DNA of 64,000 nucleotides from Octopus bimaculoides. Lineage: Eukaryota. The notes below the pieces were generated by a model. The model was given only the letters and a program-made list of their open reading frames with translations, did no database searches and was not told where the DNA came from. Positions 52,878 through 64,000 of this stretch are shown here, in pieces. The position numbers and the translations under genes are program-made. The stretch covers positions 31,135,439-31,199,438 of the forward strand of contig NC_068981.1 of NCBI RefSeq assembly GCF_001194135.2, given 5' to 3'. How positions within the stretch are numbered: the first letter of the stretch is position 1; each line of letters begins with the position of its first letter.

Positions 52878-53301
52878 TATATGAGTGTGTAGCGAGAGAG
52901 AGGAAGGGGTCGGCAGCTACATGTCAGCTGCACTGATTTAGTGAGACTTAGTTCTTTATAGTGTGAAATTCAAGGAAATTGAACAATTTACTGTAAAGGG
53001 AAGATAGGGAAACGCACTTGAGGCGTGTCACCTAATTAGATAAATAGCACTTAACATTGTTCTTTAACAATAAATACAGAGAAACGTCTCTAATATACTT
53101 TATTTCTATTTAATTTCATTTTATTTCCAAGTACTTGGGTCTCTCATGTAATAACTCTCACTGCTATCAAGCGCCCGAAAGGGTCCTACTGTTTTAGTAT
53201 TCCACCCTTTAGATAACTGAGAAGTTAAATACCATTGTATATCGGGGTACATTAGTGTACTTTCAAAATATGCTTGTAAAATAGATAGATAGATAGATAG
53301 A

Positions 53302-53332
<31 letters not shown>

Positions 53333-53695
53333 ATGAATAAATAAAAGGATAGGGTAGATGAAGGAGCACAACTAAACCTCCTACTGTTCAAGGTTCTAGA
53401 GTGTGTTGAGTCGATATACTCACTTGAAGTCGATTGTCCTTTAACTAAAGATTAAATTTGTGAGATACCTTCTTTTATTTCTTTCTTCCAAGACTTGTTT
53501 TTATTTTCTTCTTGTACGTGATACGGTTTGTCGGTTTTCATTCTCTTCATACTCGTACGTTTCCTTTTCAGGTGGCAGTCCAATCTAACCATGCGTATAC
53601 ATTTCAAGAGATGCTTATTTTCAATTCTAATCTAGCTAATCGGTCTTTTAAGATAAATGAGATGTAAAAAAAATAAAAAAACAACGAAAGTGAAA

Positions 53696-53731
<36 letters not shown>

Positions 53732-54839
53732 CAAAATATAATAAATAATCGGCTGGTAAAATGTGTTGTGTCTACTGAATTGCTACGTACCAGTTTCAAA
53801 ATACTTGCTTCGGTTCTCATAATTTTTCATAGTTTTGCTACGACTGTCTCCTTATACACCCTAAAGGCAAAGATCCGCCTAGCTACCTCAGTACCGCATA
53901 CAATCGAGGCTAGGCAGACGATGCTGAAGAAGATGAAAACGAAATAGAGAAAGAAGACAAAGAAGATAAAGATAACAACATAGAAAAAGAAGAAAATTAA
54001 AAAAAGGAAGAAGAAGACGTGGTAAAGAAAAACTAACAAAGAAAAAGAAGTGCTTCAATCTAATCTATGTGCAGGTGATATGCTGGTGACAGGTAGGTCA
54101 CGTTTAAAATGACCTTCAGCAAAGCCGCAGGATATTAGCAGTTCCTTATAAGAGAGAAGAACATATCACTCGCACACAATAGTAACCAGATGCCTAGAAG
54201 CTTGCCAACTATAAATGAGTGAAAACAAAAAGGGGAAAAAAATACAGTAATGCTTTATACCAGGTGAAATGGGGGCTAGATGCTGTTGTTTAAAAACTAA
54301 CATAATTTCTGTCAATTGTCAGTTGAATTTTAGGGTCAAACGAAAAGGAATGAACTTATGTGTTTCTCGAAATGAATAGAACTGGTGTCATTTTAAAGTT
54401 CAGATGAATTAAACAAAAAAGCGATTTCAAAATAGATAAATATCATTATAGAAAAAGGAGATAGGAGGATAAGAGATTTGTTATTTCAGCACATGAAATA
54501 AATTATAAAATATTCTTTCTAGTATGAGTACATGCCCTGAAATTTTGTGGGAGGAGGCGACTCGGTTACATTGACCTCAGTGCTCAACTGGTACTTATTT
54601 CATCGACTCCAAAAGGATGAAAAGCAAAGCTGAGCACGGCGGAAATTGAATATAATAAATTATAAAACATCATTGACTGTCAAGGTAGGGTGGGAATCAT
54701 TCAGAGACGCCTTGCTTTGGATGGAAAAGCGATAGTTTAACCGTACCCGTAGTGAGAAGCTATCATTTACTTATTTGTTAATTTTAATTTTTATTTTGAC
54801 TCCCTTTCTCCCGCTTCTTTGTTTGCTTGCTTGCTTGTT

Positions 54840-54912
<73 letters not shown>

Positions 54913-54949
54913 ATATATATATACAATATATATGTATATGTAATAATTT

Positions 54950-55290
54950 ACATATGGAAAATACCGGAAGGACTGGTGCCAAACTTTGGCATCAAGTACT
55001 ACAGGAATGCCCGCACGGGTCGCCACTGCATGGTGCCAAAGGTGCCGTCCACTGCATCTCACATAAGAACAAGATACTGCAGCAGCCTCGGTTTCAGTGG
55101 ACCTCAGCTCTTCAGTGCCCTGCCAAAACATTTGAGAGACCTGCAAGACACGGATGTGGAGGTCTTCAAGACAAAACTCGACGCTTTCCTCTCCATGATA
55201 CCAGACGAACGAATGGCTCGAAATGAGACACAGTATTGGGCAGCGATGTCAAATTCTCTTATACACCAGATGTGCCATCAAAACTCTTGA
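54950..55290 (+). mobile_element. C-terminal part of an L2/Crack/CR1-group LINE ORF2 (5'-truncated)
   Basis: YIWKIPEGLVPNFGI...RTGRHCMVP...YCSSLGFSGPQLFSALPKHLRDL...FKTKLDAFLSMIPDE...AAMSNSL matches the WKI..G.VPN ... GP.LFN.LP ... FK..LD.FL..VPD..SNSL signature. Confidence 0.85.
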
Positions 55291-55515
55291 TTGGACTATA
55301 TCNNNNNNNNNNNNNNNNNNNNNNNNNNNNNNNNNNNNNNNNNNNNNNNNNNNNNNNNNNNNNNNNNNNNNNNNNNNNNNNNNNNNNNNNNNNNNNNNNN
55401 NNNNNNNNNNNNNNNNNNNNNNNNNNNNNNNNNNNNNNNNNNNNNNNNNNNNNNNNNNNNNNNNNNNNNNNNNNNNNNNNNNNTGGCTGAAACCCATAAA
55501 TAAATAAATAAATAA

Positions 55516-55555
<40 letters not shown>

Positions 55556-56264
55556 TTATTTCTCCATTCAAGTTACTAACTCCCTTTGTGTAAGGGTAAG
55601 ACACGTACAAATCAGGGATCTAGTTAGTTTCCTTCACAGAATGAACCCCCTTTAATTTTGCTCAGATTGCTTTCAATTTTGGTGTATCGATGCAACTCTG
55701 AATTTTGATTACAATCAACCAATTGCTTTATCTAGTAAATTAAAGAATCTGATGTTATTTGGAATTAAAGATGGGAAATCTGAGTTATTTCAACCAATCA
55801 ACAGACAGCGAGGCATTAACTGCTTGTTACCATGAAAACCGCACGCTGTGTTGTTTCACTTCACCTGTGTCTGTACCTCACGTTCTTCTGTGTTGATTCT
55901 TCACACCACAAGATTCTTTTCAACTGCGTGTTTGGTTTTAATTTTTCTGTGTGTTAGTATATCACATATTCTTGACCAGTGTTATTGTCATAGTAGTTTA
56001 CAAATCAAAGCATGAAAACGTTACTCAATTTTGGAGTTTTGGAGACAGACGTCCCCTTTTCACACACACATGCACACGCGCGTGCACGCATTTATATATT
56101 AATGATGTACACAAATACATAACTGGTATACGTAATACTGAAATACGCATAAAGTAAACACATGCAGACAAATATATTCATATAACAAATTTTGAAAATT
56201 ACGGAGATGTACTTGCATAGCAAATGACCTGATATGAGATCGTGTGCTGGAACGAAAACAATTT

Positions 56265-56535
56265 CAGCGTGGAAGGTGCTTGTAAGCCATTTAAGAAATA
56301 CACAAAAACCGTTAGATTCACTTCAACATTTAAATTTAATTTGTCAAAATATTTTCGTCGCTTTGAGACCGCGACCTGTTCACTGACAAAATTTCGCGCT
56401 GCACGGAATTTTGTCGGTGAACAGGTCGCGGTCTCAAAGTAACGAAAATATTTTGGCAAATTAAATTTAAATGTTGAAGTGAATCTAACGGTTTTTGTGT
56501 TTGTCTTAAATGGCTTATAAACACCTTCCATGCTG
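56265..56535. mobile_element. 271-bp near-perfect palindrome (foldback MITE-like)
   Basis: 132-bp arms with about 10 mismatches and a 7-nt loop (cgctgca). Confidence 0.9.
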
Positions 56536-56905
56536 CAAATTAAAAAAATTAATAATAAAAACATATAGTCAATGAAAAGACAAAAGAAACAGTAAGATGA
56601 TACATCATGATTTTATTTGGTATTTCTGTTTATTTAGAAACCTTCGGGTTCTTTCACAGGCACTAAACTGTAAATTTTACAGGGTAGAGCCTTAAAGTAG
56701 ACACCTCTCCGCTAAACGCAGAAGATTTTTGTCTCGCTATTGGCTAAAAATACAGTTTTTCCGATTTTTAAACCTCTGTAACTTTTCCCTCCAATTTTTT
56801 CTCCACAACTTCATAACTTCATAGCAATAAGAGTAGAAAACTACATTATTATAGCCGATTTTCAAATTTTTTTACTTCCTTTATAAAAATGCAGATTTTG
56901 TGAAT

Positions 56906-58725
56906 CAAGGAAGAAATTTACCAGTTCGAATGTCTACCGAGATGACAAGGTGAAAATGAGACTCTAAGGGAGTCATGAAACAACGAGGGAATCACGAGCT
57001 ACAAAACGAATCACAAGTCACTGATGGAGTCGTCTGCCACTGAAGGGTTGACGAGTCACCGACGCAGTTGCTACTCAACGAGAGATTCAGGAGACAACGA
57101 AATATTCTGGGCATTAACGGCGTCTTCTGCGTGACCTGCAGAAACAAATAGTCACACACAGCAGAAGGGCTCAAATTTGATATACAAATAGTCGAGATAG
57201 CTAGAAACGCAAACAAAGAGGTCAATTGACTACAACTAATTATTAAAGCTAATGAGATTCATTATCTTCTTATTACAGATATAATTTTAATTTGTGAATT
57301 AAAATTTTCTGTCCCATTATACAAATTATATTAACATCCATTGGATAAAACTATAAATGAAGTTTCAAGCACTTTGTATACTGTTAAATAATTTCAAATA
57401 ATATGGAAGCTAACCGAAGCAAGCCTAGTGCTTAGTTGCTAGGAGCAGCACTGTTGTTAACACCTCGGGCCCTAAGGAATGTACACTCAAAATTCTAAGA
57501 TGGGATTTCTAAGATGGGAGGACCCCTCCCAGTTATTTGTACAGGTTGAAACCCATTTCTATAATCACTGGTTGCTAACAAAAGCTCAGAAACTCGGTGT
57601 GTTCTGTTATCACGCAGAACATAATTAATAGACAATGATATTATCAAATGACGGAAAAGAAAAAGGAAACTGTAGGCCTGATAAGTATTCCCTTATCGAG
57701 GAATAATGGGACAAAATGTTTTCCTGCATGGGAAAATGTTGACGTAATTGTTTGAATGTGACTTTAACATGAAAAGGGAAGATAATGTCTACTAAAAAAA
57801 ACTGATGATTAATTTCATCGATTATGTTGACATATTCATTCTTTTCAAATCCTGCCCCAGTTGCTACACAATGTTTTTTTTTTTATGTGCAGCTGTCAGC
57901 TTATCACTTTCAAAGTAGACAAATATGTTGTTGAAAACCTTCTGGGAAGAGGCATGCTACTGGTCTACTTGTCAGTTATTTGTCGCACAAGAATTTTATA
58001 TTCGTAGCTCTGTAAAGTAGCATTGAAATTCAGGGTTAATGCACAGTTCTGAGCAATTTTGATGGGCGTTTCGAAAACCTGCTATAAAGCCTGGATATAA
58101 CTTAGAGACGAATGGACACTATCAAGCTAAATCAATTTAGAAATATAAGAAGACGAAACCTTCAATTGTGACTATAGGGTAACATAGTGTATGGGACACG
58201 ATTGTTTCTATATAAATACTGAAAATGGAACAAATGCAACAAATAAGTCCTTGAGGTTCCTCGTCATCGAATTCACGTAGTCCTGTAATATTATTTAGAC
58301 CATATACGACATGGAGAGGGAGGAGCAATATTATTTCATTCTCTAATAATATTGTATTCAGAAATATTGTTGTTCTTTGGCGCATGTCAGCGCTGATCGA
58401 CCAAGCCTATGATCAATGATATACTAACTGTAGCTATCTCGACTATTTGTATATATTTGAGCCCTTCTGCTGTGTGTGACTATTTGTTTCTGCAGGTCAC
58501 GCAGAAGACGCCGTTAATGCCCAGAATATTTCGTTGTCTCCTGAATCTCTCGTTGAGTAGCAACTGCGTCGGTGACTCGTCAACCCTTCAGTGGCAGACG
58601 ACTCCATCAGTGACTTGTGATTCGTTTTGTAGCTCGTGATTCCCTCGTTGTTTCATGACTCCCTTAGAGTCTCATTTTCACCTTGTCATATCGGTAGACA
58701 TTCGAACTGGTAAATTTCTTCCTTG
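56906..58725. repeat. Long inverted repeat: 298-bp and 295-bp arms with a 1227-bp spacer
   Basis: 56906-57203 is the reverse complement of 58431-58725, apart from one substitution and one 3-nt indel. Confidence 0.97.
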
Positions 58726-59270
58726 TCTGGTAGCTCATATCAGGTCGAGGGATAATATACAAGAGGTCTGTTGGGTTGTTAGAGTTCAGTTTTAAATTTC
58801 TAAAAATTATTGTGTGAGAGAAATAAATGATGATATTGAAATTTAGAAATGGCGAAGATGTGGAAAGGCAGAATAAATTTTCAGTTATTAATCAAGACAA
58901 TTAACTTGTAATAAAAGAAAAAAAGTACACGTTATATAAAATCGTACTAGAAGCAAACGGCAATAGAGAACATTTTCTGAAACAAGCAAAAGAAGCAAAA
59001 CAAATTCATGAATACTTATTAGGTGCCCACTCATTGGAAATCANNNNNNNNNNATATACACACATATATTATATATACATATATTTTATATATATTGATA
59101 TGTTTATGTATGTATGTATGTGTATATGCGTGAGTGTGTGTGTGTCTACGTGTGTATATTGTGGCTATCAACTCGATTTTAAGCATAACTTTTTCATAGC
59201 AGACTTATGCCTATAACGGTAACGGATTCGATATCACTTTTAGATTTACGCGTGCGGGCATGCGCATGCA

Positions 59271-59345
<75 letters not shown>

Positions 59346-60072
59346 ACACACACACAAACTCATGCCAAAAGCATATACAGATATAAACAGATATATGTGT
59401 AAAATAAAAGAATATGCACATACATATAAAATATTACAATATATATATATAAATATATGTGTGTGTATGTGTGTGTGTGTATGTGTGTGTGTGTATGTGT
59501 GTGTGTGTATGTGTGTGTGTGTTTGTGCTTGTCAATACATTTATCAATGTATGTATGTATGTACACGTGCATTCTGATGTACGCGAGCACGTGTTTGTAT
59601 ATGTGTATGTGGCTATGTGAAATTGTCTGTACGAGTGTAATAGTACAAAAGTATAATAGTTACGATAAAATTATTTCAAATTAATTGAAATCATACTGAC
59701 AATGAAAATTTCTCCTCTACTGTTTTTACCCATATAAGAAAAAGAAGACAAGATGTCATAGAAAATAAGTGAGATGGCGCCAAGTTAGGATGCCCCTAGC
59801 TAAAGCAGTATAATCGAATAGGTGTATGAATAAAACTGTGAAACAATGAAATAGAAAATATGGAATTTGTCTGCAGTATTTTTCTTACAATGGTATCAAT
59901 TTTAGCAAAAGATTTCAGGCCATTGCTAGGTAATAAAACACTATTTTATATTTTCATTTTTACTTCTCCTGCTCTCCTTATTTTATTTCCGCATTGTTTT
60001 CTTATGAAATATTCTACTAGAAAATAACATACGGTGTGATTTATATACGTATATATGTATGTGTATATGTGA

Positions 60073-60113
<41 letters not shown>

Positions 60114-60803
60114 TGTATGNNNNNNNNNNNNNNNNNNNNNNNNNNNNNNNNNNNNNNNNNNNNNNNNNNNNNNNNNNNNNNNNNNNNNNNNNNNNNNNNN
60201 NNNNNNNNNNNNNNNNNNNNNNNNNNNNNNNNNNNNNNNNNNNNNNNNNNNNNNNNNNNNNNNNNNNNNNNNNNNNNNNNNNNNNNNNNNNNNNNNNNNN
60301 NNNNNNNNNNNNNNNNNNNNNNNNNNNNNNNNNNNNNNNNNNNNNNNNNNNNNNNNNNNNNNNNNNNNNNNNNNNNNNNNNNNNNNNNNNNNNNNNNNNN
60401 NNNNNNNNNNNNNNNNNNNNNNNNNNNNNNNNNNNNNNNNNNNNNNNNNNNNNNNNNNNNNNNNNNNNNNNNNNNNNNNNNNNNNNNNNNNNNNNNNNNN
60501 NNNNNNNNNNNNNNNNNNNNNNNNNNNNNNNNNNNNNNNNNNNNNNNNNNNNNNNNNNNNNNNNNNNNNNNNNNNNNNNNNNNNNNNNNNNNNNNNNNNN
60601 NNNNNNNNNNNNNNNNNNNNNNNNNNNNNNNNNNNNNNNNNNNNNNNNNNNNNNNNNNNNNNNNNNNNNNNNNNNNNNNNNNNNNNNNNNNNNNNNNNNN
60701 NNNNNNNNNNNNNNNNNNNNNNNNNNNNNNNNNNNNNNNNNNNNNNNNNNNNNNNNNNNNNNNNNNNNNNNNNNNNNNNNNNNNNNNNNNNNNNNNNNNN
60801 NNN

Positions 60804-60836
<33 letters not shown>

Positions 60837-60837
60837 T

Positions 60838-60982
60838 GACGGGCTTCTTTCAGTTTCTGTCTACCAAATCCACTCACAAGGCTTTGGCCAGCCTGAGGCT
60901 GTAGTAAAACGCAGTTACTCAATGGGCCACGCAGTGGGATTGAACCCCGAACCATGTTGTTGGGAAGCAAACCTCTTACCAC
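60838..60982 (-). mobile_element. SINE family B 5' half
   Basis: gggcttctttcagtttctgtctaccaaatccactcacaaggctttggcc...cagtgggattgaacccgaaccatg. Confidence 0.85.
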
Positions 60983-61059
60983 ACATATATTAATAATAAT
61001 AACTGAGTAATAAGCACATGGAAGGATGCATCACTAACTATGTCAATGCTCAGGTGACG

Positions 61060-61190
61060 CACTGATTATGATTCTGGAACGGCATAAAATTGCTCACATA
61101 TATTGCTCCTAACACTTGTTGATTGCTATCCTCAGGGCTTTGTACCTGTGAGACTTTTGTATCATCTGCACAACTCGTGAGGGTGTCTCT
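61060..61190 (-). mobile_element. Reverse transcriptase catalytic-site fragment of an L2/CR1-group LINE
   Basis: The minus strand reads DTLTSCADDTKVSQVQSPEDSNQQVLGAIY, matching the (Y/F)ADDTK motif context. Confidence 0.65.
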
Positions 61191-61662
61191 CTATATATAC
61201 TCTTAGTTCTTCAGTCTTTAGATTGTGTCTATACTTAGGCACTAACTTGAAATTTTTAATCAATCGTATGAATCTCAACGCTTCGTTAATCTCTGGTACT
61301 TTTTGTTGCGCTCAACGATAAAGAGCGGCCCTTAAGACGCTTTCTTGCCCTCTGCATCACTCTTTATCCTGGCATTTCTGTTCCGTAGTATTTATTCTGA
61401 TTCTCAAATGTTTTTTCTTCGTAGGCAAAATATGGGAATAAATCACTAGAGTGGCCATGGAAACATGAATGGCTCCCGAAGATGTCAGTTTATTCGTTGG
61501 ACATGCGAAGTCTCCAGATCTGTCCTGCCATTGCATTGCCGACTGTATCGGTGTCACCTTTTCCCCGCAAAATTTTAAACTCTTTAATCACCTTTGTGAG
61601 CTTCTTCAACCATATTCTCCATCTCAGATACCTTGTTTAATTTCCTCGACATTACAGTTTCT

Positions 61663-61896
61663 TATTTCTTTATTACCCACGAGGGGCTAAATATATAGGG
61701 GAGAAACAAGGACAGACAAAAGGATTAAGTCGATTACATCGAGCCCCCAGTGCGTAACTGGTACTTAATTTATCGACCCCGAAGGGATGAAAGGTAAACT
61801 CGACCTCGGCGGAATTTGAACTCAGAACGTAACGACAGACGAAATACCGCTAAGCATTTCGCCCGGCGTGCTAACGTTTCTGCCAACTTGCCGCCC
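61663..61896 (-). mobile_element. SINE family A, full-length with perfect 19-bp TSD
   Basis: cctcgacattacagtttct at 61644-61662 and 61906-61924. There are 9 extra nt between the head and the TSD. Confidence 0.93.
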
Positions 61897-62752
61897 CTAT
61901 TACGCCCTCGACATTACAGTTTCTGACGACCATGTTACACGATCCTTCTTTGCTTCTATTAGCGAGTCACACTCCTACCTTAATCCCACACATTCCTACA
62001 AAGTGTGCCACCCAATTCCTTGCACCTCTGCAGCTGAAACCTTTTGACCCAGGCCCACATTTTCATCCTAAAATGTGTTTCTTCACTCACTACCAAAAAC
62101 ACATATTACAACGTTCACCTTGCAAATGCTGTCCTATATAGCTTATCCCCAATGTTTTGTCACACATACATAAAATACACTNNNNNNNNNNNNNNNNNNN
62201 NNNNNNNNNNNNNNNNNNNNNNNNNNNNNNNNNNNNNNNNNNNNNNNNNNNNNNNNNNNNNNNNNNNNNNNNNNNNNNNNNNNNNNNNNNNNNNNNNNNN
62301 NNNNNNNNNNNNNNNNNNNNNNNNNNNNNNNNNNNNNNNNNNNNNNNNNNNNNNNNNNNNNNNNNNNNNNNNNNNNNNNNNNNNNNNNNNNNNNNNNNNN
62401 NNNNNNNNNNNNNNNNNNNNNNNNNNNNNNNNNNNNNNNNNNNNNNNNNNNNNNNNNNNNNNNNNNNNNNNNNNNNNNNNNNNNNNNNNNNNNNNNNNNN
62501 NNNNNNNNNNNNNNNNNNNNNNNNNNNNNNNNNNNNNNNNNNNNNNNNNNNNNNNNNNNNNNNNNNNNNNNNNNNNNNNNNNNNNNNNNNNNNNNNNNNN
62601 NNNNNNNNNNNNNNNNNNNNNNNNNNNNNNNNNNNNNNNNNNNNNNNNNNNNNNNNNNNNNNNNNNNNNNNNNNNNNNNNNNNNNNNNNNNNNNNNNNNN
62701 NNNNNNNNNNNNNNNNNNNNNNNNNNNNNNNNNNNNNNNNNNNNNNNNNNNN

Positions 62753-62790
<38 letters not shown>

Positions 62791-62943
62791 ATACATACAT
62801 CTAATATTTCCACAGGCTTATTCGTTCATATTTATTCTCTGTATGTTGTCTGCCAACGTGGCTACAGGGCATTTCCTATTTTCAGTCAATATTTACGCGT
62901 ATCTTTCATTGCACTATGTATGAATGTATGTATGTATGCATGC

Positions 62944-63005
<62 letters not shown>

Positions 63006-63784
63006 ATATATCTATCTATCAATCTATCTATTTATCTATCTATCTATCTCTCCATCTGTCTATTTATCTATCTGTCTATCCATCCATCCATACCCTTCCT
63101 TTCTCTTCCTATATACATAACATTCACCCACACACAGATATATACATATATATTTATATGTTTTAATCATTTTGTCAAAAATGAAGGGCGTCGCCCATAA
63201 ACCTTTACTCAGACTTGAGACTGGTAGGAGAGACTGCTGAAGTTATACTAAAATCAAGTTGCTGGACCGAAATGAGTTCCGTTAAAGTGCCCCAGGTGTC
63301 AGATGATGGTGTTCTTGTACTAGGTGACTTAATGTCTCTTCAATTCAAGTTGGCCAAGGCGGAATTTGGTCTCATAGTCCAAAATGCTGAAAAAATTTCC
63401 ACTAGCTATCTCCTAGAAGGCAGTAATATTTCCACTAGTCTTGCCTGCGTACTTTGGTACCTTATCTATGAACCACTGAATGATGAAGGTCAAAGTTGAT
63501 CTTTCACTCTCTCTTTTTCTCTCTTATCTCTCTCTGTTTCTCTNNNNNNNNNNTTATCCCCAATGTTTTGTCACACATACATAAAATACACTCACAGATA
63601 AACAAAATTGTAACGTTTTCTCTCTCTTCACTCATTAAGTTACAACTTTTTTTGCAGAAGGAAGACCAACGTCCAAAATATTACTACACTCTTAACACGC
63701 TTCAACGTCTTATACTTTGTTTTCCTGCGCTAATCTTTCTGATTTTAATGTTTACGACATTATGTACGTACGTACGTATGTATG

Positions 63785-63818
<34 letters not shown>

Positions 63819-63946
63819 TGTATGTATGTATGTATGCATGTATGCGTATATATATATATATGTGTATATATGTATGTATATGTATATATATGTTTATATG
63901 TATGTGTGTGTGCATGTACCTAAGTGCGTGTGTATTATGTATCTCC

Positions 63947-63982
<36 letters not shown>

Positions 63983-64000
63983 ATGTATATATATATATAT

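Noticed and set aside
53830-54000. YDCLLIHPKGKDPPSYLSTAYNRG followed by an acidic run
   Set aside because: Interrupted by TAG, and the acidic part is GAA-type low complexity.
56992-58639. Two near-identical 76-77 aa ORFs on opposite strands
   Set aside because: A by-product of the inverted repeat, with non-ATG or incidental starts and no recognisable domain.
61470-62130. Possible RTE linker remnant (NMVEEAHKGD) on the minus strand
   Set aside because: Too degraded to support beyond one short motif.

Overview
This is a repeat-saturated, AT-rich eukaryotic scaffold from a draft short-read assembly, with 17 N-gaps (about 5.7 kb) mostly next to microsatellites. The three tRNA-derived SINE families and the microsatellite density point to an octopod cephalopod, probably Octopus (inference from recognised repeats, not a database hit). 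I cannot support any host protein-coding gene: nearly all ORF-track entries are translated microsatellites or run through gaps, so the window reads as intronic or intergenic. Supported mobile elements are an internally deleted Tc1 element with both TIRs (1590-2163), an intron-containing pogo-like transposase (49349-49929, minus), an R4/Dong-type restriction-like endonuclease remnant, RTE and L2/CR1 LINE fragments, many SINEs (several with target-site duplications), and MITE-like foldbacks. The main leads are: (1) three, possibly four, minimal type I hammerhead ribozyme motifs of the Penelope-like kind with palindromic stem III; (2) a ~99% identical 298-bp inverted repeat beside a 271-bp hairpin, both potential long dsRNA; (3) repeated SINE-into-SINE-head insertions; (4) the spliceosomal intron in the pogo transposase. 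None of these is demonstrably a new biological system. All are testable leads.
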